DNA from: Trichodelitschia bisporula
Lineage: Eukaryota
NCBI GenBank assembly: GCA_010356995.1
Contig: ML996703.1
Coordinates: 620,001 to 684,000, forward strand
Direction of reading: 5' to 3'
Length of the DNA stretch: 64,000 nucleotides
The position numbers and the translations under genes are program-made. A model generated the notes under the pieces. The model was not told the origin of the DNA and did no database searches. It was given only the letters and a program-made list of their open reading frames with translations. This document shows, one piece after another, positions 1 through 13,427 of the stretch (its first letter is position 1; each line of letters begins with the position of its first letter).

Positions 1-891
1 CGATTTGCGCTTCTGTCCACCGGTGCTCTTCTGGCCAGTGCCGTTTGCCTTGTTCGCACCGTCGCTGACGGGCCCGTTGGAGTCCTGGTTCCTCTTGCGG
101 TCCAACTCTGCAACCTCTTCCGAAGTGAGAAACCTTCCACCTGGACCACGCGGCCGGCGCATCGCATGGTTGTGTCTTGATTCGTGCAGGTATGGCTTAC
201 GCGCCTTGGAGGTTAAGCGTAACTGTTCCTCGAGCTTCTGCCTAGCTAGGCGTCTTTTCAATATCCGATGGAACTGCTTCGCGTTCACATAGAGGGGCGC
301 CTCTTCGGCGGCTCCGGCGACCACTTCCGGTGACTGCGCGTGCTGCGACACCGTTGCAGCCGTTGGTGGTTGCATAGTCGCTGTTGAGGGCCTGGCTGCA
401 TTCATAACTGGTTGCGACTGTTGAAGGACAGGGCTCGTGTTGGCGTGGCTCATTCGTCGTCCCGGAATCTGGTGTTGCAGACCGCCCGACGGCGGTGACC
501 GATTCCCTCGCGCATCGACCTTGTTGTCGTGGTTTACATATCCTTGATTGGGCATCGGATAGTAATGCTGGCCAGATGCGGCAGCCGTCGCCATCGCCGC
601 GGCAGCCTGCGTCGTCGACAGCGAATACTGTTGCATAGGCTGAACGCCATATGCAGGATTGTATGGAAGAGGCTGGTGATGGTGACTGGAGGAGGTTTGC
701 GCGGGATGCTGAGCATAAGGGTGGCCTTGCGACATGAGCGGTGATGTTTGAGACGGCGGGTGAAGTTGTTGTTGGTTAGGTGATGTTATTGTCGACGCGC
801 CATTCTGTGCCGATGGGTACGGGCCCTGGAGATGTGCTTGAGGATGGTGCGCATTGTGCGGCTGCTGCTGAGGAAAGCTTGCGTACTCCAT
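1..891 (-). CDS. hapB: CCAAT-binding complex subunit HapB/Hap2 (NF-YA), 3' end runs off the window
   Basis: Manual translation of the minus strand from ATG at 891 ([12 protein letters not shown]...) is open to base 1. It contains the NF-YA core [61 protein letters not shown]. Not in the ORF track because the stop is outside the window. Confidence 0.96.
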   Translation of the reverse strand, partial: MEYASFPQQQPHNAHHPQAHLQGPYPSAQNGASTITSPNQQQLHPPSQTSPLMSQGHPYAQHPAQTSSSHHHQPLPYNPAYGVQPMQQYSLSTTQAAAAMATAAASGQHYYPMPNQGYVNHDNKVDARGNRSPPSGGLQHQIPGRRMSHANTSPVLQQSQPVMNAARPSTATMQPPTAATVSQHAQSPEVVAGAAEEAPLYVNAKQFHRILKRRLARQKLEEQLRLTSKARKPYLHESRHNHAMRRPRGPGGRFLTSEEVAELDRKRNQDSNGPVSDGANKANGTGQKSTGGQKRKS

Positions 892-3800
892 GGGTGGGGT
901 TGGGCGCAGATATGACCTCGTATTGGCTGAATGAGTGTACGATACACCGCGATGGCGTCTCGCTTGAGCGGAAGGCGCGTCAAGGAAGGAATGCGAGAGG
1001 TGAGTCGCGAATTAAGGTTGCGTGTGGGTTGGCGGTGGGGTCGCGAAGGAGTGGAGGTTTCTGCCAGCAGGAGCTCTCCAACAGTGTGACGCGTTTAAGG
1101 TGAAATGGTTATGCGCGCGAATCGAGAAGTCGTTGGACGCGGCGGCGGCTGTTGGGAGTGGGGTTGGAGGGCGGGGTGCGTGCGACTCAGGAAGCAGATG
1201 AGACGAAGATTGCGCGGATACGCGGGTAGTGTAGTTTGCGCGTGTGGGTGGGTGGATGCAGGCGGAAGTGGGTGGAGGGCGGGAGAGGGTTGTGTGTGGT
1301 GTGAGGCGGTGCGCGTTTTCGGGAGGCTCGGGGAGGGCGGGACTGGGGGAGGAGGCTCGGGAAGTGAGGAGCGGGCAGAAGGGAGGGGGGGGTTGTAGTG
1401 GTGGGAAGCGGCGGAACTTTGTGGATAAGTTAGGCGCGGACGCGCGACTGCGCCTCTTGTCAATACAGAGAGGTGAGAGAGGCGGAGGGAGGGGAGGGGG
1501 GGGAGGGGGGGGGGTAGGCTGGGCTAGGTTGTTTCGACAGAAAAGGCTGTCCTGGACGAACCGGTTCGCAATGTGTCGTAAGTGCCGTTTTGGTGCCTTG
1601 ATCCCCTGGTGGTCGAGCAGTAAAGGTAAGAAAAGAGGTCTGACGACTGTGAATGGGTCAAATTGCTTTTAGATCTGGAAGGGAAAGCCCAATTATTGTT
1701 AGCATGATCGACAAGTTCCGAGTGAGGCAGGGCGGGTGGGGAGGCGGGCATGTGCTGGCGGGACAGCGATTGGACTTGATGCGCTGGCACTGCAGGCCGC
1801 CTGCAAAGCCTGCAAAAAAAAGCCTTTGCAAGGCAGGGTGTCCACGTCAAGAAGCGCGAGATCTGCGTACACGCCGGGGGATGTGTATTGGAGAAGGGAG
1901 TGAGAGCAGTAGTAGTAATGATGATGATGATGATGTAGTCATTGAAGTGACAACAGTCGCAAAGAGAAGAGAAGAAAAGAAAGCGTGCTCTGGTGCGCAT
2001 ATACGGTAGACGAGAAAGTCTACTATGGTATGCAAGCTCGCCAGCATACTTTTCGACTCTCCCTCTAGCCCCCACCAGCTTCAGCTTCAGCTCCCACAGC
2101 CCACCCACTCTCTATCTCTCTCTATCTTTCTTCCCCACCAGCATTCTCTCCTTTCGTCTTTTCTCAGCTCCCTTACTCAAGTGAGAGAGACTGACATTAA
2201 CGAGAGGAATGCTTGACTAGTCCCGCCGCTGGCCGGGACTACGGGATGAGATTGAAAAAATAGAGTGCTCGCTGGGATGACTGAGTGAATTTGCTGCAAT
2301 CTAAGCGCGGCCTTGAGCGTGTGGGCTTAGGTTGCCACTCAAGGCTTCCCTTCCTGACCCTTCCAGCCCTGGAAGGGCCTGCTCTTAACGCGCGCAGAGA
2401 GAGAGAGAGAGAGCATGGCTTTCAACGGCGGTGAAAGGATTGGACTATGAGCTTGCACTTTGGGGTAAGAGGTGACGCGGGGCGGTGGGGTAACTGAGAA
2501 GAGGAAAATACGTACCGTACCGGTCTCCTTCACCTTCCGAGAGCCCGCTGAAGCGCGCGAAAACACATGCAGCGATTCGGAGAGTTTAGGTGAAACGGGT
2601 AACCAGTGGGAAAAAGGTGGAGGAGGGGGGAAAAGAAATGGGATAGGGTAATGATGACTTGCGCGCAGGCAACTTTTTGAAGCCTTACTCCCCGTACCCA
2701 GACAGAGCGGTAGTAGCAAAACAGTCAAGCCAACCGCAGTGCACCCACGCCGCAAGATACAAAATCGCCGGGGTGAGATGAGGCTCGTGACGTGCGTGCG
2801 CCGGCTGTATCCGAGCTGGCGGGCTGTCTTTCGAGGAACGCGCTCTCGCGCGCGCTCGCGACACCAGACCCGGAAGCGAAGGGCGAGCGCAAAAAGCCAA
2901 ACCAGCCAGAAGCGCGTGGGTGGAGGAATCCGTGACTCGTACCACTCAGCGCGTTTCCCTGGAAGCTTGGCTTTTTGTGTGTCTCCCAGCCACTGCGCTG
3001 TCGCAAGGTTGCAGCATGCGATTGGACGCGCAATGTAGATTTCGCGGTAATGAAGAAGAGCAAGAAGACGAAGCCGAAGCCGAGCGGGAATGAGCGGGAA
3101 TGCGCGGGATTCGCACGGGACGTAGCGGGAGAGGAAAGAGAAGAAGGACGGGCAAAGGGGAGGATGAGGTGAAGCAAATCAAAGCGAAGCGAAGAGGGGG
3201 AAAAAAGTGTCTCGTATCGTGAATGCCACGCGAAGACGTTGAGGGCAAAAACACCACAAAACGTTGAAGAGACAGAACGTACCAGGCCGATGCTTGCCGC
3301 AGCGCGTGATTGTCACGAGGATGAAATCGAAAGCTCTGTTTTGTTGTCGCGATCTTCTTTGTCTCAAAAAAGCGGAGGTGCAGACGATGATGAGATGATT
3401 GGAGAGAAAGTTCGACTGGGGGAGGGTGGAAGACTTTTTGGGGATGAGACGTGAATGATTCGTCGGGTTGGGGAAAAGTCTGCGTCAGAGGATGGAGGGA
3501 GCCTTTTCTGTGGTTGGGGAGAAGAATTCGCGCTTGTTTGGCTGGCGGGTAGACGGGTGCCTTTTGCTGCCTGGGGCTCTTTCTTTTTTCTAGAGGTGGA
3601 GGCCTTGGCAAGGTTTGTTCCTTCGTGAGAGTTGGATCTGAGCTACGCAGTACTTGGGGGTGGGAGATCCGGAAGCCTTAGGCGCAAATGAAGAGCCTTA
3701 GGACAAGAAATCCAGAAAGAGACGAGGAAGGAGTTGGATGGGGCCGATGATTTCAGGGAAGGAGTAATAATGGAGGAGGAGACGAATGAGAAACGATGAG

Positions 3801-6574
3801 CGACGATCGATGATAGGCTCCGGGGGGTTCAACTACTGGGCTCGCTGGGTACGTAGTAGTAGTGGGGACGAAGCAATGAGGAAAGAGAAGTCCCTCTCGA
3901 ACGTCCGGTACAGGAAATAACGATTGGTTAAATGCGCTCTTTCTTGTTCTAGGCTGGGGGTTGTGTGGATTGGGTATGATGGCGGCCAGCCGCCCTCTTA
4001 TTCCTCAGCACCTCCGGTAGGTAGTGAAGAGGGATGAGTGTGTGGCAGAGAGAGACGAGGCAGAGTGGCAGACACTGCTGGCGCAATCCCAACTGCACTG
4101 CAAAAAACCCACACCCACCAAGAAACTTTACTGCGTACGCAACTTTCCTAACGGCCACCCTTCCCCTCCCACTACCCCCTCCCACCATCAACCACCACCA
4201 TCGTCGTCGTCGTCCTCCCACAGCCCCCCCACAGTACCGTAGGTAGCCCTGTCAATAGCCAAGCCCATCAGGCCGCAACGCCGAGGCCCGGCTATGTGGC
4301 CAACGAGAGAGCTGCCTCCGTGCCCCATCTCTTCTTCCTCAAAGAGATGGAGGCCCAATGAGACAAAAGCCGAACCTAAACTGTCGAGCTTTCTTAATCT
4401 CATCATATCCCTCGCATCTCGTTCACAGCTTATCCATCCTCACTCCCAAACACAACACGACAACACGGCGCGAACAGAACAAAAGGGACCTGCGCGTCCA
4501 AGTCAACCCTCCGGACCATGACGGCACCACCGAATCAGCGGTGAGCACGTTGTCGACGTGGCCTGCGCTGTTGCCTCCACCACCCCCCCCCAGCCCTCCC
4601 CTCCATCACACACTTTCGACTGCTTCCCACCCCCGCCATCGTCTTTACTTCCATCTCTTCATCTCTGCGTGCATGGTCTGGCCTCTCGCTGCACAAGGCA
4701 GAAGACAGGAAGTGGTGAGATGCAACGTCTGCTCTGAAACAGACAGAATGCTAGACCTGCCTTATTCCCTGATCCCCCACGTAAGGCGATGATGATGGTA
4801 CCGGTACGAAGTAGCAAGACCTTGTCCTGTCCGTGTCCACCCGTTGGCTCCGTGTCGAGCCGCTCGGCACCAGCAAATAATCACGGCGCATCCCAATTTT
4901 TTATTGGCTCATCAGCCTAACGAGGATCGTGCCGAGATCCAATTACTTCCCTCCTTCACCAAGCGCCCATCGTCTGGGGACCACCACTTTCGGCTACGGC
5001 GAATCGTCGGACACTGGGACCAAGCGACGACGGTATGAAGGCCTAACTTCAACATCAAAGGCAAGCTTCAATTCACCAGTATCAATCAATATAGCCATGA
5101 CTGCTGGTAATTAGGACATCAGTGTGCTCGTTCTATACGAGGAAGGTCGATTTTTGTCCACAGGCACTGGCTCAACATCCACGGTCGCCTCCTAGATGAG
5201 TTTGTACACGCTCAGACGCTTACTTAGGTTCACCTTGCTCTCAGCCTTTTCTAGTTCTAGAACAAGAAGCGTTGCTTCCCTGAGCGCCCCGTTCAGGCGG
5301 CTCTTCAGTCATCCATCTAGCGACTACGGTAAACGCTACGCACATCTTTCCGAAGGCCCGGACCGTACTTTTCACTTGAATGCGGCTCTTCGACGGCGCT
5401 TACTGAAGAAGATGGTGTCTCGAGTGATGGTGCTGTATACACCAAGGCGATAGCCGACGGTAGAGCCGGTCAAAGGTCGAGAAGGTAAGATGTACGTTGC
5501 GTCCGGTACGGTACCACAGTATGCGTACGGTAGAGTCGTCAACTGCATGAAGGGTCGCCCAGTGGTTGAAAGTGGGACGGGGTACTTACCTAGTAAGGTC
5601 CCCTCTGTAGACAGACTGAGCGAGACAAGTGCGACCCGCTTTCTGCCATCGGTCACAGTTACGGAAACATCAACTGCACTGAACCCTCCACTTCGCACCG
5701 GGGCTGCCACCTCAACTGTGGGATGCCTCCGTAATTACCATCATTTAATGGTCTTCACCTGTCGCACTTGCAACGGGAGTTTTGCATCAGACCTGAGCAC
5801 CCCCGGCGTGCATTCAGCATTTCCATCACCCAGACAGTTCACTTGCTGCTCGGCAATTCCGCAGCTCGCAATTTTGCTTTTTCGTCATCTGTCCCATCGT
5901 CACGTCTACCTCCCCCGCCCACCACAGCGGCGCTGCTGCTTTCCGTTGATCGATCCGCGCACGGCAAGGCCACGGACTTCGGGTGACGGCCTCTCCAGCA
6001 CGTCCGGCCCAGTTGTTGCCTTCGTGCAACACATCCAGAGCTTGCATGACGGTGCGGGTTGTCAGTGTTCCCATCCCCGCGCTGTTCGAGCCTCTGTCGT
6101 AGAGTTGCCCCATCGCCTCCATTCCGTCGGGTGGGATGGGAGGGGGGGGGTATCATCATGTGATGGCTGGGGCTGGTATGCTGTGCGACCAGGGTCTGAG
6201 GGCTCAGTTCTTCGGGTTGATCTGGCGATATGACTGCAAGGCATACTCCATAAAGAGTGGCTTTGCAAGATACTAACCCACAGTTGCGATCGCACTTTTT
6301 TGATTCTTGATTACCTGCAGTTAAGAAGGCCTTGGCTATGGAATGACTCAACTATTGTGACTCAGGCACTGAATTCTGTCGGCTATGCACTGCAACTGCC
6401 CCTTCGGATAAGCATCCTGGTGAGGCGCAGAAGGTCATTCGAGAAAGCACGTCAGGGTCGCAGAAGTTCTACGGTACTGTGCATAAGAGCGGACGATCAA
6501 TCCATGACAGTGATTATAACCACCAGAGTGATCACAAACCTCCTCAATTGATACTTCTTCTCTACTCTGCCATC

Positions 6575-7790
6575 ATGAGCGATGCAACGACCACGAACAC
6601 GGGCACCAATGGCGATAACCTAGCCCAGCCATTGTCTCCACGGGTAGTATCAACAAGTTACATGTGCACCTCATGCCATATCTCCTTCGAAAACAGCCAG
6701 GAGCAGCGCATTCACATGAAATCGCCATGGCAGTATGCCAACCCTCATTTGAACCCCCGGCCTCTCGCACTAAACCATAAACAGTGTCGCCAACATCAAG
6801 CGGCGCATAGCATTACTCCCGCCTCTTTCACACGATGAATTCGGGGCACAGGCAGAGTCCGAAAAGAAACCCGACAGCGAGGAAGCACGCCCCAGCAACC
6901 CCGACAAGCAGCCCTCCACCCCCGAAGCTGAGTCCAAGACTGAGGCTGAAGATCCCGCTTCGCCATTCGACTGCCTGTTCTGTAACCAGAACTTCCAGCC
7001 CTCTGGCGCCGGTTTAACCTCAAACATTGAGCACATGAGCATGGCCCATGGTCTCACGATTCCAGAGCCAGAGTCCGTAGTCGATATGCAAAGTTTTATC
7101 GGCTACCTTGCAACAGAGGTCCGCACATGGCACGAGTGCCTCTACTGTGGGGCTACGAAGCCATCGACCGCAAGTATTCAAAGTCACATGCGGGACAAGG
7201 GACATTGCACTTTGAACTTTGACCGTGAGCCCGAGTTGTTTGAGTTCTGGGAGGGCATGGAGGATGAGAATGGGAGTGAAAATGAAGATGAGGTCGAAGA
7301 GGGGGATGATGAGAAGCCCATGGGTCCCGACCGCGCGACTCAGCTGTCCGCGACCGAGCTCCTCACTGCCTCGGGCCGGGTCATTGGGTCTCGACAGACG
7401 GTCTCAGCAGCCAAAAAAGCGCGGAGACAGGTCACGGTAGGGATGACGGATGCGTTACCGCCGGCTTCGGGAGAGGGGTCTGCGGCTGAGTCTTCGACAC
7501 GGACCATTGGGCCGTTGCTGGCGTCGGGTGCCGAAGCACCACTTCCGCCGATGGGCGCGCGCTCTTCGGGCCGACAACTGGCACGGCGCGAGGAGATGGG
7601 CTTGGTGGGCGTGTCGCCGCTGCAGCGGCAGGCACTCGTGTTAGCGGAGAAGAAGGCGCAGAGGAGCGAGGCTGTTGCGAGGCGGGCAAGGGAATGGGCG
7701 TATGCGAGGAGCGCGAATGTGCAGGAGTTCGATCAGATCGATACGAAGGGGAAGTGGGGCAAGCAGAATCACAAGTTGCTGCCTAGGTAG
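6575..7790 (+). CDS. Rei1/Reh1 (ZNF622) / TRI15-like C2H2 zinc-finger protein, 2 exons (6575-6732, 6785-7790)
   Basis: Exon 1 has CTSCHISFENSQEQRIHMKSPW. Splicing GTATGC(6733)...ACAG(6784) gives HVANIKRRIALLPPLS, matching the Rei1-family WHxxNLKRR motif. Downstream fingers are CLFC...HMSMAHGL and HECLYCG...IQSHMRDKGHC. Confidence 0.85.
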
Positions 7791-10700
7791 ATGGTTACAT
7801 AGGAGGCATCTGTGGTGGAAATAGATGTGGCACTTTCGCCGGCTGAGAGCCTCAAATTGTGTGGCTTGATCAATGACGTTCTTCGCTGCATCGTCCGATG
7901 CTGGGCCACCGATTGCAATTCTTCATCCTCCAAGACAATGCCCGTCATCTTCGACCATCATCTCCGCTTTGGCATTAGGAAACCTTTCACAACATCGGCT
8001 ATCGCCCGGCGCTGCATATTCTAGCCTGACCCCGATCCAACGGGCTCGGGTGTCCTCTGCGCATATCAAAACCACCCCCGCATCTCCTCACTCCTCGTTA
8101 ACTTCGCCTTACGAGGTCAGCCTACTGGTAAGGCTCTCAAGCGGTTTCCTAATAGGCATTCCCGCAATCCGCGCCCAATCAAGAGAGCCGGTCAACAGCC
8201 TTCTCCGTGTGGCCAAACGGTCGGGGCTCTTCTCCAAAAACATTCAAGGGCATGCTCACCCGCTGGTACTCTCATCTCGGCAACCCACTCAAAAGCCAGC
8301 GTGGCGTCGCCCGACTTCTATTGGACGACACGAAGCTGTCGCGCATCTTGTTTCAGCCCCGGGCGACACGCCGTGATTCCACACCCCCCCCCCGCACGGC
8401 GAGATCGCTGACCGGCAGCCCGACGAGCCAAGAATCCGGGGGTAGGGTGAAGATGGCCTACTCTGGCGCCGCAGAGTGGCCATGTCTCGTGAGCGCGAGG
8501 ATGTGCGCGAAGGAAGTTGCGTGGGCTCCGGCGGTCCTCTCCTTGGTCCTTTCCATCCCTTCAGCACCTCCCGCGTCGATCCTAGAAACGACGTCAGGGA
8601 AGCAGAAAACGTCGCAGCTGCGAGGCCCAACGGATCCCTCCCTTCCACCTCTTCTTTTCCCTGCAGTCCTCCACCCCTACCCTACCCCTCCCTTATACCC
8701 CCGCAAAACCCACGCCGCCCTGTTAGCCTTACTGTCCAAGGCCCAAGCTGTCCGCAACGCTTAGGCGCATCATCTCAGATCCCGAGGTTGGCGCGGGCCG
8801 ACCGGTTGCGGCAAGGCCAGGCAAGGCTCTAACGGCATGGATGCCCCAGGCACACACACATAACTCCTACGGGAATCAGGTGGGGTTGCCCTTGGGGCCA
8901 GAAAGGAAAGTCGCAATGCGCGCAATATCAGAACAATAAACCCAGCCTGTAAATCTCGGGCCTCGCGCGTTGCGGACTAACGTCCACACACACCTCGCAT
9001 GTTTTTCTTCTCATTCTCCACCCCCGGGCCCTCCGGCTCTTGACGGGTTTCCCATCTCCGCGGTCGGGCAGGGCAGCAAGGTCACAGCACGCGCGCGTAT
9101 CACCTTGAGAACCGGACAGTCACATATCACGCTCTTCCAGACCCGGCCTCGAGCGCAGCAGCATTCCCAGCTCGCTGTCACCAGCGTCCTCATGCATCAG
9201 CGCTGCTCCTACGAAGTAGAGCAACTGCACCGCTGCCCGGCCTCCAACCTGCCCAGACCCGTCAGTAGCACAACGGACCCCCCAGGCTTCTTTCAAAAAT
9301 AAAATAAGGACCCAATCCCCGCGCCCAGCACACCCGGAAAAGCCCCCGCACCCCGCCGCCCCGCCCTCGCTGTCGCGCAGCATGCTGGCGCCAGCAATCT
9401 CGCGCAGCGTGCCGTTCCCAACCCTCGGGTCCGCCGCCCCCGCCCACACGCACGCAACGCACGCCGACCGCACACCCTGCTAAGACAGTGCCGGACAGAG
9501 GTGTCTGCCCCGCTTCCCTGCGCGCCATCGAAATCGACGCCGTTCTCGCGAGGCTGAGAAGATCCAGTAGATGGCCTTAGGGTGCTGGTCGGTGCAGCGC
9601 AGGAAAGCCCGCACTCGGCCGCTGCCGTTTCACACCGTGCGGGCCGCGCGCGGCCCGCATACTTCGCAGCGCCGCGCCGCACGTGCGCCGCATCATCTCC
9701 CCACATTGCCAGCACGCCGTTAGCTGCGCTAGCCAGCGCGAAAATGCACTCCACGCGCGGCGCCCCCGCCGCCAACAAACTGCGGTTGCGCCGTCAATTA
9801 CGCCCCGTTAACGTGTGCAGCGAGTTCGAGCTGGATCATCACTGCCCCATTTTGGTAGAGTGCGTTGCGCGGCCGTTGCTGCCGCCGACAGCGGCGCTGT
9901 ATACTCTGTACGCATGGCACGCACTGCGGCTGGGGTTTGAGCCTCGAGGCTGAAATCTCGCTTGGGGCGCCCGTGAGAGATATTGGGCTCGGCGCGGGCG
10001 AGGGCGCGCTGGTCCTGGTGCGGTCCGGGCGTGATGTGTTGCGCGTGGCGATCCGGGTCTCAAGCTCGAGAGTAGAGAGTAGAGGGTGACGCCATGGTGT
10101 TGCGGGTTACAATGACCGGGAGGGCAGGGATTTTGGTGTGGGAAGGGTATTATATGGTCAAAAACGGAGGGGCTCGAGGCTGTGGGCGATTGATGGGGCC
10201 AATGATGGAGATGCCCCAAAGCAGCAGGAGCGCTTATTGCAGGATGGGAGAAGCGACTGGGTTTGATTTGGGCGCCGTGTATGCAATTTGCGACGAATCA
10301 AGTTTGGGGAATTAACCTCGTCTCCACAATGCTGACTTGCCCTTTGTAGAACTACCTGCTCCGAGGCTCCACGCAATGAGACTTCGTTTAGAAAGACGAG
10401 AGGATGGTGACTTGGAATGCAAATTGCGGGCGTAAGGTGTGTTGAGCTACGGGCGTACAGCAGAGGGCAACGGCCGCTGGAAGTAAAACATGTGGATGTG
10501 TTTTTGGGCAAACACGACTGCCTGTGAGAGAAAAATAGATGCAAACCAAGGACAGCAATATCCGGGTACTCGTGTAGAAACTCCGCATAGTGGTAATGGG
10601 TGCCTGATGACACTCTCAAGGTCCGGGACCTACCTTGACGGGAAGTACGGCTTCGAACTGTCGCCCGAGTATTTTTGGGGTTCCTGGAGGTGACGAAGTG

Positions 10701-13427
10701 CATGAGGTGGTAACGTTTGCTGTTTCGTGTCAGCACCGCCCGCCTCAGGCTCTAAGAATGTCGCCCCGTTATAGAGATAGAAGGGTTAGGCACCAAGTGG
10801 CATCTTGACCTCCGGTTACGGAGATATTATTTGTGACTAGAGGCTGACACCGGCGGGACAATGTCTAGGGTTTATGAACTTCCCGCAGCTACTCCGTGTA
10901 TTTGCCGTGAGACTATGTGGGCTCTTCTTCAGCCGGCGGAAACAAGGGCTTTTGTGTTTGACGTGCGATGCTGTTCCGTTGAGGATGTCATGCTCACCCT
11001 TGAGGATTTGGGGTGACGTTGGTATCCGGGAGGTTCCGGGCAACCATGTTTGTCCTGTTTGCTTATACCCGCCCGTGCCGTGACCGACAGCTTACGCCGT
11101 ACTGTAGGCCTTACAGTAACGGACTTTGAAAGACACGATGCCGTATGGCTAAGGTTGCACCCATAAAGATTCGGCACTGCAGGCAAGCGATGGGCCATGG
11201 AAAGTCAAGATGGCGCCTATAACGGTATGAGATCGGGACTGAAGGGAGGTTGTGGGAACGCAAACATAGAAGCAAAGTATGTGCTGACGTCTCATGAAAG
11301 CGTCAGCTCTGAGAGGTGCAGTCAACTGATTGGACTTGCACCGCCAAGTGGTTTGTGTTGAAGCACCGGCATCCAGATGTATCCTTCAGAGAAGGTGGCT
11401 GGCGATGCTGTGAAGATCTCACACATCCCAGAGCCATGATATGAGCGATCCCACATATTGTAAACCATTCTGGACAGCGCGTGTATGACTGAGTGCGCTG
11501 ATCGGCTGGAACTTTCTCTTAACCCGTCTGATGGGACCAGGCAACGGATCATGTTGCATCAAACATAGAGGGCAGATCAAACGCCATTGAGTGAAACGGG
11601 GAAAGCCTTCAATCGGCTGAAATACTTGTCGAAGCGTCGTAACTCGTCCATGGCCTTGCTTGTCTGTCCTGTCGACATCCTTCAAGGGACCTTTGCTCTT
11701 CTTGGGCTAACTAGGTGAAGTCAACGCTTCCTGGCTCGATATTGAACACACTGCTGATGGAAACAGCTAGATACCGGTGAGCTCAACGCAACTCAGCATC
11801 TTGAGCTTTGTGAAACGGTCGTTGCGCCTGAATCGAGTCTGGTCGGCTTGTCCGAGAGCTTCGCCGCATCGAGAATACAAGATTCATAGATGCCAATCCG
11901 AACAATGGTAGAGATCAGAGCAGCATTGAAGTGTCCAATCAAGCATATTTGCCATGGGGTGGCATTCACGAGGCCACGGGATTGGAAGCCGAGGGGATAC
12001 GAGCGCGGATCTGGAGGCTCCTGCTGAGATGTCGACACCATTTGCCGAGTATGTCAACCACGCGGAGAGGCACGCCGCCATAGAAGCAGAACCCGGCGTG
12101 GACGTATAGAGCACGCTTGGAGGTCTAAGAATGGGCGTCGAGAGCATTTGGAGAAGACATAACTGCCAATGAAGCGCCGATTAGCAATAACCGTAGACTA
12201 GGGTCTTCCCTTGACATACTGGTGTGTAACCGTGGCGATTCTCCCAGCTATGTGCATGCGCATGCCACCCTTTACAACCTGCGCTACCATATCAAAGCGA
12301 ATCCGGCAGCCATGGCATCGGTGACGGAGCAGGATATGAGGTCGAAGCATCGGATACGCACGGACCAGTTCAATGATGGACGACCAACGCTTTGACCGTT
12401 GGTTTACGTACTTGGCGCACTTCCTGCACTTCATTCCAGGAACGGTGTATGCTAGGTGATGACTTCGCATGCATCGCTTATGCATGTGAGTGGTATGTAG
12501 CCGTGAAAAGGGTGCGTATAGTTTGGTAGGAAGGAAGTGCTAGCGGCTAGGGCACTCCTCGAAGGATTCAACGGCGGCTGGGACCGATCAGGTTGCCGCA
12601 TTTTGGCTGAAGCGACTCCTGTCCATTCGCTGCAAGCAATAAGATGGCTGGAAATAGAAGGGAAGGGGAGGAATGGGATGGTATATTCCCAAGAATGATG
12701 TTGGCCTGAATGCAAAATAAAGTTGGGTTGCCATTCAAATGATGCCATAATCACGATATCAAACTGAAAGGCATGGGAAGTGACTGCCTGGCTCTTGACA
12801 CACAAAATCGATAGTCCTTTCCCCCCCTGCACATACCACTAAAGGCGGAAAGAAGGTGAGGATGCTGGCGGATAGAGGGAGACTGCGGATGAGCAGGACA
12901 TGGCAAAGACTATGAAGAAAGGTCGGCCCTTCCATTATTATGGAGAATGTCGTAAGTACCTCGTCATCAGTGCCGACATAGTGTCATATCAGCTTCCCTC
13001 AACCTCCGAAACGACAACATATCAGTCCATTGACAGTCAATTGAAAGCCCGCAGCCTTCCCCTACACCATTCTCGAAGATACTCATCCGAAGATCGAACA
13101 TCGGACCTCTGAATCTCAGCCCATCGGGTCTGAATTCTCCAACCTCCATGAGACGCATTAAATAGCCGTGATCTCTTTAGCCTCGTACCCACTCCCAATT
13201 AAAGTCGATTTGCTTTCCAAAGCCTGCTCTGATGTCGTGAAGGCAAAACACCGTTGGATTCATCATCTCCGAGCGACAGTTCAATTCCTTTCATTCTACA
13301 ACAAAAGGCCCTAGCCTACCCCCATACGCTTAATTGCTTCAACTCTTATGACGAATGTACAACACATCCAGCACAGTTCGAGAGGGAGTATTACCCCGGA
13401 CAATGCACCATACTGACTAGAAGACAG

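Noticed and set aside
1095..4800. Many 60-220 aa ORFs upstream of hapB
   Set aside because: These are low-complexity translations of GA/CT-rich regulatory or UTR sequence with no coherent exon structure.
5583..5600. TACTTACCT resembling the U1 snRNA 5' end
   Set aside because: No U1 stem-loop I/II motifs or Sm site follow. It is more simply a minus-strand AG|GTAAGT donor-like word.
5490..6233. 247-aa ORF containing FTCRTCNGSF, like half of a C2H2 finger
   Set aside because: The His ligands are missing, the remainder is low-information, and similar-length ORFs overlap it on the other strand.
10300..13300. 3 kb of short ORFs, possible transposon relic
   Set aside because: No recognisable domain, LTR or TIR in any frame I translated.
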